The notes under the pieces were generated by a model. The model saw nothing but the letters and a program-made list of their open reading frames with translations. It was not told where the DNA came from and did no database searches. Shown here piece after piece: positions 37,636 through 49,254 of a stretch of DNA of 64,000 nt. The stretch spans positions 15,128,001 to 15,192,000 of the forward strand of contig OZ116699.1 in assembly GCA_964199315.1 (NCBI GenBank). Direction: 5' to 3'. A program made the translations under genes and the position numbers. Every line of letters starts with the position of its first letter. The stretch's first letter is position 1. The DNA comes from Orbicella franksi. Taxonomy: Eukaryota.

Positions 37636-40600
37636 TTAGTCAGAATTCACGACGACAACTGGGACATCCTCGTCCCTCACTACTGTAACAGGAACATTTG
37701 CCACTCGGGGCACAGGGTTGGCAGTTCCATTATCCAACCTCACTTCCAGGGGATAGAGCCTCTGCAATGGGCGTCTCCATTCCGCGGTTGGCGAATTACC
37801 AGACTTGACTCTCACCACTGCACTTCGAACATGACCATCTCGACCAGGAAGTAATCGTTCGATCTTCCCAAGCCGCCACTGCTGTCTCGGGGTTTTGCTC
37901 TCATGTAGACACACAATATCTCCCACTTGCACTTTACGGACAGAATTTGCTCTCTTTGAGTAGCGATGGTACTCTCTAAGTTGTGTGAGATACTCAGACT
38001 TCCATCGGTTCCAAAAATGATTCAGTGTTCGCTGTAAGAATTTGGCTCTTCTTGTAAGTGTTCCCTCAGTTTGATCAACTTCGTTCGATGAGTTCTTTGA
38101 TGGTACTGACAAAATTCTGCGGCCCACAATCAGGTGTGAAGGTGTTAATGGTTCCTCCATTTCATCGAAGACATATGTCAAGGGTCGTGAATTCAAGGCT
38201 GCTTCCACTTCTACAAGGACAGTAGACAGCTCGTCATAGTTTAACCGGACATTTCGTATGACCTTCTTCAAACTCAACTTGACAGATTTTACTAGACGTT
38301 CAAAGAAACCACCCCACCAAGGGGCCGCTTCGACATTGAACCTCCACTGTGTACCGTCGCACTGACAATATGCCTGCACTCTTGAATCCTTAAATGTTTT
38401 CCCATTGTCACTGACAATCAAGACAGGAATTCCTCGTCTCCCTTTAAAGCGAGTAAGGGCTCTGATAAAACTTTCCGCACTCAGATTTGGGACAAGTTCC
38501 AGATGAACAGCTCGGGTTGCAGCGCACGTGAACAAAGCTATATAGACCTTGTTCAAATCTCCATTCTTTGAGAATACATCCTTGACATACATGGGCCCAG
38601 CGAAGTCCACTCCTACTCGAGTAAAAGCAAAGTCATCGCTCAATCGAAATTCAGGAAGAGGTGGGGGAGGAGGAACTGCATAGCTTCTGCCCTCTAACTT
38701 CTTACAAACAGAGCATTTTCCTATCGCAGTTTTCACAGTCTGCCTTCCTTTTGTTACCCAGAATCTTGACCTTAGCTCTGTGAGAGTGTCCCTCACACCA
38801 TTGTGAAGAACCTTGAGATGACAATCATTTATCACTAGGTAAGTTAGTCGTGAACATCTTGGAAGGAATATTGGAAAACGAGCATCATACGGAATCGGGG
38901 CATTTTTAAGACGACCACCACACCTCAGAATTCCCTTGTCATCTGTAAACAGTGATAATGAGATCTTGACCTGGTCAAAGTTCTTGTTGTTGTATACAGA
39001 TTTCTGAACCTCCTTGATCCAAAGCTCTCTTGCACAATCCACCTCTTCATGCCTTATTACTCCATCCACTAACCTCTTCTTCATTTTACTTTGCTTGAGA
39101 TTAGAAACAAATCGCACAACATATGCAGTGACTCGCACAAGTCTTTGAAGACTACTGAACCTTTCCAAGGGAATGATGCAATCAAGATTTAGTGACTTTT
39201 CTGACGTCACCTCTCCAGAGGCAATGTTTGCAAGAACTGTACCATCATGCTGCTTTGTGTGGCTGTTACAGCTTCCCTTCTTCAGTTCTAGGCAAGGATC
39301 TGAATCGTCACTTGTGACTTCAGCAGAGTTCATTGCAAGACTTGGCCACCACTGCTTTTCCTTTCCAAGGAACTCAGGACCACTCCACCACAATTGGTTG
39401 GTGATCAGTTTCGAGGTCATCGTACCACGTGAGCAGATGTCAGCTGGATTGGATTCTGTGGGGCAATAATTCCACTGAGTTGGCTTTGTAAGTCGACGGC
39501 TCTCAACCACTCTGTTTTGAATGAATTGCTTGAATTCTCTGTTTACACCCCAAATCCACCACAGAACAATTTGAGAATCTGACCAGAAGAACACAGCATC
39601 AACTTCCAATGTTCCGTCAAATGCTGTCAACACAGTATTGACCAGTCGGGCCAGAACAAGAGCACCTAGTAACTCCAATCGAGGTATGGTTTCTCCATTT
39701 ATCGGAGCAACTCTGGTTTTTGACGATAAAAGCTGGGTGAAGACAGTTCCAGTAGTTGTTTCAAGGCGTAAATACACAACTGCTCCATAGGCTTTCTCAC
39801 TTGCATCCGCAAAACCATGGAGTTGAATGCTTTGTAAATCTCCTGATGACAAGCCAAGGTGGTAGTGTCTCCTCACTTCCACCACCCCCACCTTCTTAGC
39901 ATCTTGAACAAGCTTTAACCACTGTTCATGGATGAATGAATCCACGGGGTCATCCCAACCCACTCTTGTCTTGCAAATAGATTGAAAGATGATCTTCAGT
40001 AGAATGATGACTGGACTAATTAGTCCCAGGGGATCATACAACTTGCTTGTTGTACCAAGAATTGCTCTCTTCGTAACTGGACAAGTATTGCTAGTTTCTA
40101 GTGGAGAGGCCAGATCCAAGAGTAACAAATCATTTCGTCTATCCCATCCAACTCCCAGTACTTTCAGTTTTGCTGCGCTGGGGTTCTTTGACGTCTCAAA
40201 CAGGGAACTCGAGAAGGTTTGATCTTCCTCTTGAACAGGGTGCTCCTTGACAGACTTGCTTGTAACTTGAGAAGACTGGCTTTCAGATTGTTCAATTCTT
40301 TCCTGAAGGGCTTCAGAGTTGGAGACCCATTTTCTCATATTGAAGCCTCCGCTCTTGAAGGATGACTTCAGATTCTCATACATCTCGAAAACAGAATTGT
40401 CAGAATCATCTCCACCAACAAAGTCATCCACATACAGACTTTTCAGAACTCTCTCAGCAAATTCTTTGGGGATGTCAGCAGAAGTCAAGTGATGACGAAT
40501 TGTTGCATTCAATAGGAACGGACTTGCGGAGACGCCAAATGCAACTCTTGCAAATCGATAAACTTGTAGGTTCGGGTGGCTGCTTGTGACATCATCAACC

Positions 40601-43092
40601 CACAGGAAACGAAGATAGTCACGATCTTTGGGGTGAACTGAAACATTTAGAAAAGCTTTCTCAATGTCTCCTATGAGGGCTGTCTTGTGAGCCCGGAACC
40701 TCAGGAGGATGTCATAGATGAGGGGAGATAGTGGTGGACCAGCATACAAACAGTCATTGAGACTTGATGTGTTCTTTCCTGATCGTGCACTTGCATCATA
40801 AACAATACGAAGTTTTGTGGTGTCCTTGTCCACGCGAATCACTTCATGACGAGGAATGTAATGTACTTTTCCCACACCATTGTTGACACCTTGATCCACA
40901 GGTTCCACAATTCCTTGTTGTTGCTGATCTTGGATGACATCATCATAGTGCTTTAACATCTCGGGCTTTAATTTCAGACGTTTCAGTAGTGAGACCAACC
41001 TTGATTTGCACAAAGCAAAATTATCTGGAAGCAGCTCATGGTCCTCTTTGAAAGGTAGCTGTACTTGATATCTTCCTTCAGTGAATCCAACTTCGCTAAC
41101 AAATTTGTCATACAGAGACGAACCTTTATCTCGAATGCCAAGTGACTCATAGTCCCAGAATTTTCCAAGTTCAGAGGCGAGTTCATCTTGACCGACGACA
41201 CTTGCTTCCACTTTCAGTACATGCGTCGCAGTAAGATTCACAGTGTTACCATTGTCACGGTTAGACACAATCATAGTGGGTCCGGAGAGGACATATCCTA
41301 GCTTTGTAGCAAGAGCAACAGGTTCCCACGGTGCACCTCTCACAATAGTACCTTCGACCAATGACCAATAATAATCAGCACCAATGAGAATGCTGATGGG
41401 CAAATCTCTGCCGCCACACCTGTCGGCTAAACTGAGGTCATGCAGATGTTCGTAGCTAGACTGAGCAAGCTCTGTGGGTTGTTGGGTCAGAGGGCCACAT
41501 ATGACTGGCACCACATAGGCTTGAATGTACACAATTGCATCGCATCTGGTTTTGATACCCACTTGAACAATTTCACATGTTCGTAGCCTGGCGTCAGACT
41601 CACCAAAGGTTTTGATTAGAAGTGACTCTCTACCAATTACTGATAACCCCAGTTTGTCTTTAAGGTCCTTAGTCATGTATGATCGCTGACTGCATGAGTC
41701 AAAAACCAGACGAACACTTAGTGGAAAACTGTCATTATCCGGACGCACAACTTCAGCGGTTGCGGTTTGCAACAACACCGACCCTCTAGACTGATCCACA
41801 TACATACTAGTAGAGACACTGGCCACATGTTCTCGATCTTGCCCACCCAGGGTTGGATCAGGGTTACCACAAATTGCTACATGATGGGCACCTTGACATT
41901 TAAGACACTTCATAGGTGCTTGACAGTTACGTGCCAAATGTCCTTGCTTGAGACAGAGAAAACACTTGCCCTTCCTTTTAAGAACTTCCCTTCTAGATTC
42001 AATACTTGTGACAACATTACATTTAGAGCTCTGATGATTTTGATTACAGAATGAGCACCAAACACGAGGAGACTGTTTATTCTCAGAACTGTCAGTGTAC
42101 AAAGCTGATGTAGAAAATGGCGACTCACCTCTCTGATGTGAAGGCCTGGAATCCTTGTTATTGACAAGACATTGTTCTCTCAGTTGCAGTTCCTTGTGAA
42201 ATTCACCCAAAATATCTTTCAGATTCCATGTCTCCGATTCCAAATTTCGTGTGATAGCGATCCGAAATTCCTCCGGTAATTTCTGCATAACGATTGGTGT
42301 CAAGAAGCAACCATACATTTCAGATGAGATTTCCATACTTTCCAATCCACGAACATGAGATTCCACTGTGTCGTACAAGCTTCGGAGTTTCTTTACTTCG
42401 CTTATCGATTCCACCTTGGGGAGTTTAGTGAGCACTTCCATGTGGCTGGAGATCACTATCTGTCGATTTCCGAATCTTTGTTTAAGCAGTCCAACTGCCT
42501 TTTCGTAGTTTGCACTCGTCAGGGCCAGACCAGCGATCGTACTACGCGCGGTGCCAGTAAGAAGTGACTGCAAATAATTGAATTTATCCACTGAAGACAA
42601 ATTTGGGTTCTTATGAACCTCAGACTCGAAAGATTCCCAAAAGGGATACCAGTGTATGGGATTTCCGTGAAACTTCTTAAGCTCGAGCTTCGGCAACTTT
42701 GCCTTCGAAACGTGATCTTGAGAAGTTCCCGCGCTTTCGGAAGGAGGAAGTTGCGCCACAGAAGGGAATTCCTGACTCTTACCCCGCATTTCGTGAGCTT
42801 CCAAAACAGATTCTAACTCAACAATACACTCCTGAATGGAACTCATTATGTCACAGCTCTCAGAGACTTCGGTATCGATGGTTTTTACGTCGTCCACCAG
42901 CTCCACAATTTCGCGGTCGAGCGATTGAAGTTCCGACATTTTCGTTTCAAGGGCGGTTCGAAGAAATTTCAGCCTTTTCACTCCGATGGAATTGCCTTCA
43001 GAGATTAGCCCTTTGGCTTGTTCGATAGTTTTCTGGACGAACTTTCGGTGACCATCGCGAAATTTTTTCAAATTCCTCAATTTCGGCGGCAT
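37636..43092 (-). CDS. BEL/Pao Gag-Pol polyprotein, 1818 aa
   Basis: DUF1759-like Gag (FHGNPIHWYPFWESF), three Cys/His knuckles, protease LVFDSCSQRSY, RT DIEKAF and YVDD, RNase H LHGFADASEKAYG, integrase H..H..C..C plus VDFAGP / SDNG / FFERLV, and a C-terminal DUF5641-like region. The domain order PR-RT-RH-IN is that of BEL/Pao. Confidence 0.96.
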   Translation of the reverse strand: MPPKLRNLKKFRDGHRKFVQKTIEQAKGLISEGNSIGVKRLKFLRTALETKMSELQSLDREIVELVDDVKTIDTEVSESCDIMSSIQECIVELESVLEAHEMRGKSQEFPSVAQLPPSESAGTSQDHVSKAKLPKLELKKFHGNPIHWYPFWESFESEVHKNPNLSSVDKFNYLQSLLTGTARSTIAGLALTSANYEKAVGLLKQRFGNRQIVISSHMEVLTKLPKVESISEVKKLRSLYDTVESHVRGLESMEISSEMYGCFLTPIVMQKLPEEFRIAITRNLESETWNLKDILGEFHKELQLREQCLVNNKDSRPSHQRGESPFSTSALYTDSSENKQSPRVWCSFCNQNHQSSKCNVVTSIESRREVLKRKGKCFLCLKQGHLARNCQAPMKCLKCQGAHHVAICGNPDPTLGGQDREHVASVSTSMYVDQSRGSVLLQTATAEVVRPDNDSFPLSVRLVFDSCSQRSYMTKDLKDKLGLSVIGRESLLIKTFGESDARLRTCEIVQVGIKTRCDAIVYIQAYVVPVICGPLTQQPTELAQSSYEHLHDLSLADRCGGRDLPISILIGADYYWSLVEGTIVRGAPWEPVALATKLGYVLSGPTMIVSNRDNGNTVNLTATHVLKVEASVVGQDELASELGKFWDYESLGIRDKGSSLYDKFVSEVGFTEGRYQVQLPFKEDHELLPDNFALCKSRLVSLLKRLKLKPEMLKHYDDVIQDQQQQGIVEPVDQGVNNGVGKVHYIPRHEVIRVDKDTTKLRIVYDASARSGKNTSSLNDCLYAGPPLSPLIYDILLRFRAHKTALIGDIEKAFLNVSVHPKDRDYLRFLWVDDVTSSHPNLQVYRFARVAFGVSASPFLLNATIRHHLTSADIPKEFAERVLKSLYVDDFVGGDDSDNSVFEMYENLKSSFKSGGFNMRKWVSNSEALQERIEQSESQSSQVTSKSVKEHPVQEEDQTFSSSLFETSKNPSAAKLKVLGVGWDRRNDLLLLDLASPLETSNTCPVTKRAILGTTSKLYDPLGLISPVIILLKIIFQSICKTRVGWDDPVDSFIHEQWLKLVQDAKKVGVVEVRRHYHLGLSSGDLQSIQLHGFADASEKAYGAVVYLRLETTTGTVFTQLLSSKTRVAPINGETIPRLELLGALVLARLVNTVLTAFDGTLEVDAVFFWSDSQIVLWWIWGVNREFKQFIQNRVVESRRLTKPTQWNYCPTESNPADICSRGTMTSKLITNQLWWSGPEFLGKEKQWWPSLAMNSAEVTSDDSDPCLELKKGSCNSHTKQHDGTVLANIASGEVTSEKSLNLDCIIPLERFSSLQRLVRVTAYVVRFVSNLKQSKMKKRLVDGVIRHEEVDCARELWIKEVQKSVYNNKNFDQVKISLSLFTDDKGILRCGGRLKNAPIPYDARFPIFLPRCSRLTYLVINDCHLKVLHNGVRDTLTELRSRFWVTKGRQTVKTAIGKCSVCKKLEGRSYAVPPPPPLPEFRLSDDFAFTRVGVDFAGPMYVKDVFSKNGDLNKVYIALFTCAATRAVHLELVPNLSAESFIRALTRFKGRRGIPVLIVSDNGKTFKDSRVQAYCQCDGTQWRFNVEAAPWWGGFFERLVKSVKLSLKKVIRNVRLNYDELSTVLVEVEAALNSRPLTYVFDEMEEPLTPSHLIVGRRILSVPSKNSSNEVDQTEGTLTRRAKFLQRTLNHFWNRWKSEYLTQLREYHRYSKRANSVRKVQVGDIVCLHESKTPRQQWRLGKIERLLPGRDGHVRSAVVRVKSGNSPTAEWRRPLQRLYPLEVRLDNGTANPVPRVANVPVTVVRDEDVPVVVVNSD

Positions 43093-43187
43093 AATTGGTC
43101 GCCCACGTGCTTTCAGCTAGTGCAGCTTTGACTTCACAACAGCTTCCTTTGAGACGTTCTTCACAACGCTAGAATCCCAGTTTCAAT

Positions 43188-43205
43188 TCCCGGGTCTCGG
43201 CACCA
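43188..43205 (-). other. Primer binding site, tRNA-Phe type
   Basis: Minus strand TGGTGCCGAGACCCGGGA, 2 nt inside the 5' LTR. It is complementary to the conserved eukaryotic tRNA-Phe(GAA) 3' end (..TCCCGGGTTTCGGCACCA) with one G:U pair. Confidence 0.8.
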
Positions 43206-43207
43206 AA

Positions 43208-43392
43208 TGTAGAAAACGTATTCAAACGACACTTTCGTAGATGAAGACTCTATTCAAAGACAAAAAAACTCCAGAATACAATTCAAGAACAACGACTTCG
43301 CATTAGTTTTGCATTCGTTCCCTTTCAGTTCAGTGTTCGAGGGGGGTCAAATCGTGTAAGTCACGTGACAAGCTCGGTCCCAGTTTTCAACA
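43208..43392 (-). repeat. 5' LTR
   Basis: Direct repeat of 37340-37524, 184/185 identical by eye. Confidence 0.97.
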
Positions 43393-44527
43393 ATGCATAC
43401 TATTTGTAAAACGTTATTCCTACGTTTTTTACGTTTCAGGCTTTTGAAGCCACAGGGTTTTGTAGCGTACATCGATCAGGTTTAATAAATACCTTTGCTT
43501 TACTGTTCTTGCTGTCATCTGCGTAAGTGTTCCGTATATGTTCACCGCAGTTAATCTCGTCCTCGCAGGCTTCACAGCGGTATGTAAACACAGCAGCACG
43601 GTGAGAGGCAAGTCTGATAAATGTCGATATTAGACCTTCGCACGAAAGCTTTTACCAAACTATCCATTCTCTTTCAAAATTGCGTAGAGCATCACACAAC
43701 AGCTTAGCGTTTGTTTAGAAAAGTTTATAAGTTTTGCAAGTTTCTTGTCACATAATTCTCAGTTACATAATCTTTATTGTCGAATGCAGGCGAGAGTACT
43801 ACTGATCATCAATAAATCTTCTTATCAGGCCTCGTTTTAGATTAAACCATATGCTCACTGTTGCTGGTAAAAATGTCTAACCAAAAATAATTTTTTCCGC
43901 AATCTTTTACCTATCGGTATCGTAGCTATAAAGAAGGACACAAAGGCCTCGTGCTGTCATGCCGCTAAGAATTAACCAAGCCTTTGGGGTGATTTCATTC
44001 ACGGCGGTGCCCAATGTAATCAAAGAGTTCTCGGTCCTGATCGGGCTGATTGATTTAAACAGTTAAAATAGTTTGTTGACAAAATATCCTTAACGCTAAT
44101 ACATGCAGTCTATAAGCTGCCGTGGCAGGGCTATGTTTCAATATCTACCCGACACGTGGATTCCGTAACATTTCTCCAGATGGAGCCGGAGGTTTCATGA
44201 CCAACGACGAAAATCCTTGTTCGTGCTGTTAATACTGATATATCTTAAAACCCTTCTAAATGAGGTTTTGTTATGAATTTCTAAACTTGAGCAATATGAG
44301 ATGAATTTTAAGGTACAAAGTCTCTTGAAACATCCTTTTATGATTTCAAGGGAACAACTACACAATACAGGGTCACTTTTGAAGCTGCATAAATTGGCTT
44401 GGCAGTGGATAAAAGAACGAGGAATAATCTATATATGCGTTAAGTCCTAGCTCTATGTATTTAGTAGCTCGTTTGGCTAGGCAGTGGATGACATCTAGTC
44501 CACCTTACTCCTTTCGTTGTTCCCGTC

Positions 44528-45015
44528 GTGCGCGAAAGCGCTAGAGCGACTGGAGCATCCGCTACTAGCTTTCCTATCTTTGTCCCCAACAGATGTAGAA
44601 CTACAACATATCAGAAATCTTTTTTTATTAGAACAACCAGAATCTGGAGCTTACTCACCGGCAGAAAGGAGTTAGCTAATGCTACTCTTACTAGTTTCAA
44701 ATCTCTTCTTTATGACTACTTCTCTCGTGCTGTCAAAATGAACTACAATCCGGACAATCCTTGAACGTTTAAATCCATGTGTTTGAATTGCAACTCCACA
44801 AGATTTCTAGACGTACCAATAATACGCTGCATGTAATGTGGTTTTTCTTTTTTTCTTTTTACATATATTTTATTTCTGGGCCCGCAATTATTGGCTACTT
44901 AGCTGTTGCGATGTCCCTGCCAAACCTCTACATATTGATTGTAATAGATTTTTTTTCTTTTCTTTTTTTTGTATCATAAAGGCAAAGCTAATATAATAAA
45001 AAAATAAAAGTAAAC
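44528..45015 (+). mobile_element. 5'-truncated LINE (CR1/L2-like) 3' end
   Basis: The frame reads RCRTTTYQKSFFIRTTRIWS..SFKSLLYDY..NPDNP*TFKSMCLNCNSTR, resembling ORF2 C-termini (SFF.R..R.WN motif). It is followed by a short UTR and an A-rich tail near 44990-45015. Confidence 0.65.
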
Positions 45016-46187
45016 AAAGGAGCAAACGAGCCAAACGGAGCCGGCTCATTTGGTGGATGATTAAATTGGCCCTGTATTCTGTAGTTTAACCAATTCAAGT
45101 ACAGAGCAACCCCTATAATGGGGTCCAAGCCGGCAGAAAGTTATAGACTAAGGAAGGGTGGGAGGGGAGGGAAAAGAAAAGAAAGGAAAAAGGAAGAAAC
45201 TGCATGAGCCCTCTTCCGCTTCTCTCCTGCAGTCCTCTCCTCTACGTACCTCTTTCCCCTCCCCTTAGTAGGAAATTGCGTAATAAGATATAGTTCTGTA
45301 AAAGAAACAATTCAGCTTTGTCTCGTTAATGATTAGCCGTTTTTTCGTAGTTTGCTTTTGTAAAGACAAACGGATAAAATATTCTCAGTACATTGATTCT
45401 TTTCCATAATTTGCACTTTTCACGCAAATTTAATTTATTCAAGATTCATCGCACGTGACAAAATTTTCGTTCGTCAAGCTACGTTTCCGCAGAGTCGCCG
45501 AGCCAAAGAGGTGGAAAGATGGACTACGACTTTTTTAACGCACAGAAGAACAAGAAGTGCCTTTTGTTTTATCCGAGAAATGTTACTAACGAGAGACACA
45601 CTTGTGGAACGTTGAGCTTGGAAATGGCCTTCAAACAACTCGGGTTCATAGCGTGCAACAAACGAGTCAATTTTGCTATGGGTGGTTCTCTTTATGAGGT
45701 AATTTATTGTCTGAATATTTTAGTACACTGAAGTCCGTGTGTTTAGTTCTTTGTGAGGCCAGTGTTGTTGCTTGAATTTAGTAAGGTTCGAACATTTAAA
45801 ATGTATTGTAACATGGCGGCCATTTTGAATTTTAAAGATTCGCTTTCGAAATTCTACCTGGTGAGGTAAATGAATCTAAAACATACATTAACAGATCCTT
45901 TAGAGGGTAATTTTGGCATTCAGTAAGAACTGGGTAGACACATAGGCGGAGTCGCACTCCTTTGATTCTACTAGCTGGCTACAGGCAGCCTGCTTATTGG
46001 GGACACCCAAGACTAATGTGTACTCATCATTGAAAATTGAACATATAGATTAATCTAAATTTTACTCGACGATATTTACAACATTGAGGAGAAATATGTA
46101 CTTTATTCTCATCACCTGACTGCTTGATAATTTATTGTTGTTGTAAGGAGAAACTTGATTCTGATCCCTTATTTTGTGCTCTGTCAG

Positions 46188-46905
46188 CTGGACACTACAT
46201 GTAATAACAGTGTAACAACTCTCCCTCCAGCCGTACCTCGAGAGGACATCAGTTCCCTGCAGCGTTCTTCATTCGAGCATCAGGATTGGATAAGGTTACT
46301 ACAAACATTTGTGTATTGATCAAGGTTTTATCACGTGACTCTGGCGAAGTGTGCATTGTGATTGATTTATTGCGCATGCTATATCTCCTCGTGGGTGTAC
46401 GCTGACGTATCGGATATGTCTTTCGCGCGCCTTGAATGCTTCACTCATCGCTCACAGTCACTTCTCGCCAGAGCATCAAATTTTTGATTTTAAGCAAAGA
46501 TCTTGCAACATCAATAATAAATCGGCTGTACCGAGCTTTGCCAAAATGTCGTCGGAAAGGACCATTATGTATTATCCACAAGAGAGGTTAGTTCAGAAAC
46601 CTTGCTTCTGAAATTTACTTTCTAGTGAATGAGCTAAAGAGGAGGCAGACTCTCGGAATGAGAACAGCTGTGCAGTTTCTAGATAAAATCGATTTTTTTT
46701 ATTGTTTAGGATAGACTTTTGATTTCGTGAGAGAGCTGCCAATATTGACAGATTGTCTTTGTCCTTTTAGCATGGTATTAACTCCAACAAGCCACTTTGC
46801 TTCTCACACTTTGACATTGCTGGATTAAGTGGCGATTTCCCACAAGTACCAACTGGTGCCCCTCTGGCTGCCATGGCGGAACACTTCTTGAAAGACCACT
46901 GCTAA
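46188..46905 (+). pseudogene. Last two exons of an M17 leucyl aminopeptidase (W07G4.4-like)
   Basis: Exon 46188-46294 reads ..M**QCNNSPSSRTSRGHQFPAAFFIRASGLDK|. Exon 46771-46905 reads HGINSNKPLCFSHFDIAGLSGDFPQVPTGAPLAAMAEHFLKDHC*. The phase-0 junction joins them as GLDK-HG, and H.DIAG and PTGAP match M17 C-termini. Two in-frame stops; no upstream exons found. Confidence 0.75.
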
Positions 46906-48006
46906 ATGGATCATAAGCTCACAACACAATTTTACCTCGTTAGAGTTAAAACACCGTGATAATGTCAAGCTTTTTATAGCTCAGCTGCTGATAGCTTTTG
47001 TTTTTGTTTTGCTGAAATTCTGATTATTTGTAGGTAAGGACAGTCGGGGGACAATAGAGCTAGAGACTGAAAGAGTCGCCTTAACGTTTGTAATGATCCA
47101 AAACTGAAGTTTAGATGCAAGATTTTTCAAACAATTGTACGTGAACTGTTTAAGACTGGCCTGTGAAACGAACTGTCTGGTCTAAGTTAAACCTACAACT
47201 CGCTTATGACTTTCCTGATATAAAAGTTTTAACATCTCTCAAGTCACGTAAGAAAGTCGCAGTGAAAAGTCGCACTGTCTAAATCCACTCTTAGACATCA
47301 AGAAATGAGAAATTTTGGTGTAGCGGATAATGACACTATTCAAAAGCGAAAGAAAATTTAAGATTTGAGCGATGACAACTTTTTTTTTTCGTTGAGTGAT
47401 AGGGAAAGTGGGGAGAAAGACTAGCAAAATCATATTTGCAGATCGTATAGAAAGTATGCAGAAAAAGCGCGACAAAATTTGATACAAATATATTGCTAGG
47501 CTTTTCAAGAGTTTTTTGCTAGATATTTAATGACAGGATTTGTGCTAGGAAATGAAGAAATTCAATAAAATGACAATCCTATTCTTGACTATGGAATTCA
47601 CAGACTTAGTATTTATTAATTTTTTTTTACTGTCATCCCCAGCTGTTCAGATAGAAGGCTTTACAGCTTATAAATCACTATCCAGTGGATAGCTTGGTTT
47701 GTTTTGTCAAAAATCTACATGCGATAACCATTTATCCGGTGAATAACGTTATCCACTTGAAACTTTGAACAACTGGGTTTTGAAGTTGAGCCGCCCGACT
47801 CCAAGCTACCACTGAGAGGGCATGACTGAAATCGAGGCTGTCTTCTTTTGAATTCAGTGAAAATCCTTTCAGGCCCCATAAATGCAAAACAAAGTTTGAA
47901 CAGTTACCCCATGTCCCAAAATGTTGAAACACAAAACGAACTGACTTCTTAGTATCATTTATATGGTCGCATTAGGGTTTCACCCAATGAGTAGAATGTT
48001 TCAGCC

Positions 48007-49106
48007 ACGTAAACGCGCAACATATATAATTATGCAAGGGGGGAGAAGGAATGAACAAGTAAACGCGTGGAGAACGTTGAAGGGGTGGATTAGGAGAAGA
48101 ATGATGGAGCAAACGGCGAAGGATACAGAGAACGCGCGACAGAGTGAGTAGGGAAAACCCGTAGGGAAGAGAAAGAGGAACACAGGATAAAACGAATGAG
48201 GGAAAGTATAAGAAAAGCCGCAGGGACTGAAGACACAAGAACATACGGGGAAATGTATGAAAAAACGCAACCGGGAAGTCGAGTGAACAAACGAAATCAC
48301 TGACTAGAAAACGTATTGAGCAACGACTGGTGGGGAGGGGAGGGGGGGGCAATATAAAACGCACAGGGAACATGGAGAGTACCTACACAGGACGTCATTT
48401 CAGGGGCTTCCCTCAGAACTTTTCCCGTGAGTTCCCTGGTTAATCCTTCCCGAAAATATCCACTAGGTGACCTACCTCTAACGAAACCTGCTTCATTACA
48501 GCGCCAACAGACCTTTAACAGATTAAACCAAAGGCGATTTGAAACAGGAGTAAACTTCAGGCTGGAAGTGGTATTCAGTGTCTCCACAAGCACTTATTCC
48601 TCTTGTACAGGCCCTCCCGGCTAAGAGTGACAGGTAACTCAGGGGACAAGAATATGGAAAAACTTTGAACGAAAGACGGAACGCGGGGGAAATATTCTCA
48701 GGAAAGCCCCTGAAACGACGTTCTCACGTGTGTGCTGTGTACGTACCCTTCACGTTCCTTATGCGCTCCTAGTAACCCCCCTCCAACCACCATATATTAC
48801 CAGTAAGTTCTACGTTCGCTCACTGTAGTCCTCCCAGTTGGTGCGTTCTCTCATACCTTTCTCCATGTGTCCTTGTAACTTTTCTGCGGGTTTTCCCGAT
48901 GCATTTCCCCATACGTTTCGTTGTGCATTGCTCTTGTATTTTCACTGCAGATTTCCCTTTCAGTCTCTTGAGTGTTCCCCCTACCCATACCCCTTTTATT
49001 CCATCGTTCTTTTCCTAACCCGCCCCCTTTCAACGTTCTCCATGCATTTACTTGTACATTCGTTGTTTCCCCCTAGCAGAGTAAAATTTATCATGCAAGT
49101 TTGCGT
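48007..49106. repeat. Degenerate long inverted repeat (foldback-like)
   Basis: Arms ~48007-48445 and ~48650-49106 match in reverse complement. Examples: gaacaagtaaacgcgtggagaacgttgaagggg versus cccctttcaacgttctccatgcatttacttgtac, and gacgtcatttcaggggcttccctcagaac versus attctcaggaaagcccctgaaacgacgtt. Confidence 0.7.
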
Positions 49107-49254
49107 CAAAGCACGAGAGATTCTTTAAGAGAAACACACAAGAGGAATGTATGAGTGACGAGTGAAGGTACAGAGGAATGTACGAAGCATCAGACAAGGA
49201 AATTCATAAGGGAACTTATGAGGTACTCCAAAGGGAAATGACGATAGAAGTTAC

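Larger units (their letters stand above)
37340..43392 (-). mobile_element. Full-length BEL/Pao LTR retrotransposon
   Basis: 185-bp LTRs (37340-37524 and 43208-43392) with TG..CA ends and one mismatch. 5-bp TSD ATGCA (37335-37339 and 43393-43397). PBS and polypurine tract present; single intact ORF. Confidence 0.97.

Noticed and set aside
39173-43028. Plus-strand ORFs inside the retrotransposon, or an env gene
   Set aside because: They are antisense shadows of Gag-Pol. Only ~110 nt separate the ORF stop from the 3' LTR, leaving no room for env.
45519-45731. 70-aa ORF with a donor site as the first exon of the M17 remnant
   Set aside because: No M17 similarity, and its phase 0 does not match the phase-1 acceptor at 46188.
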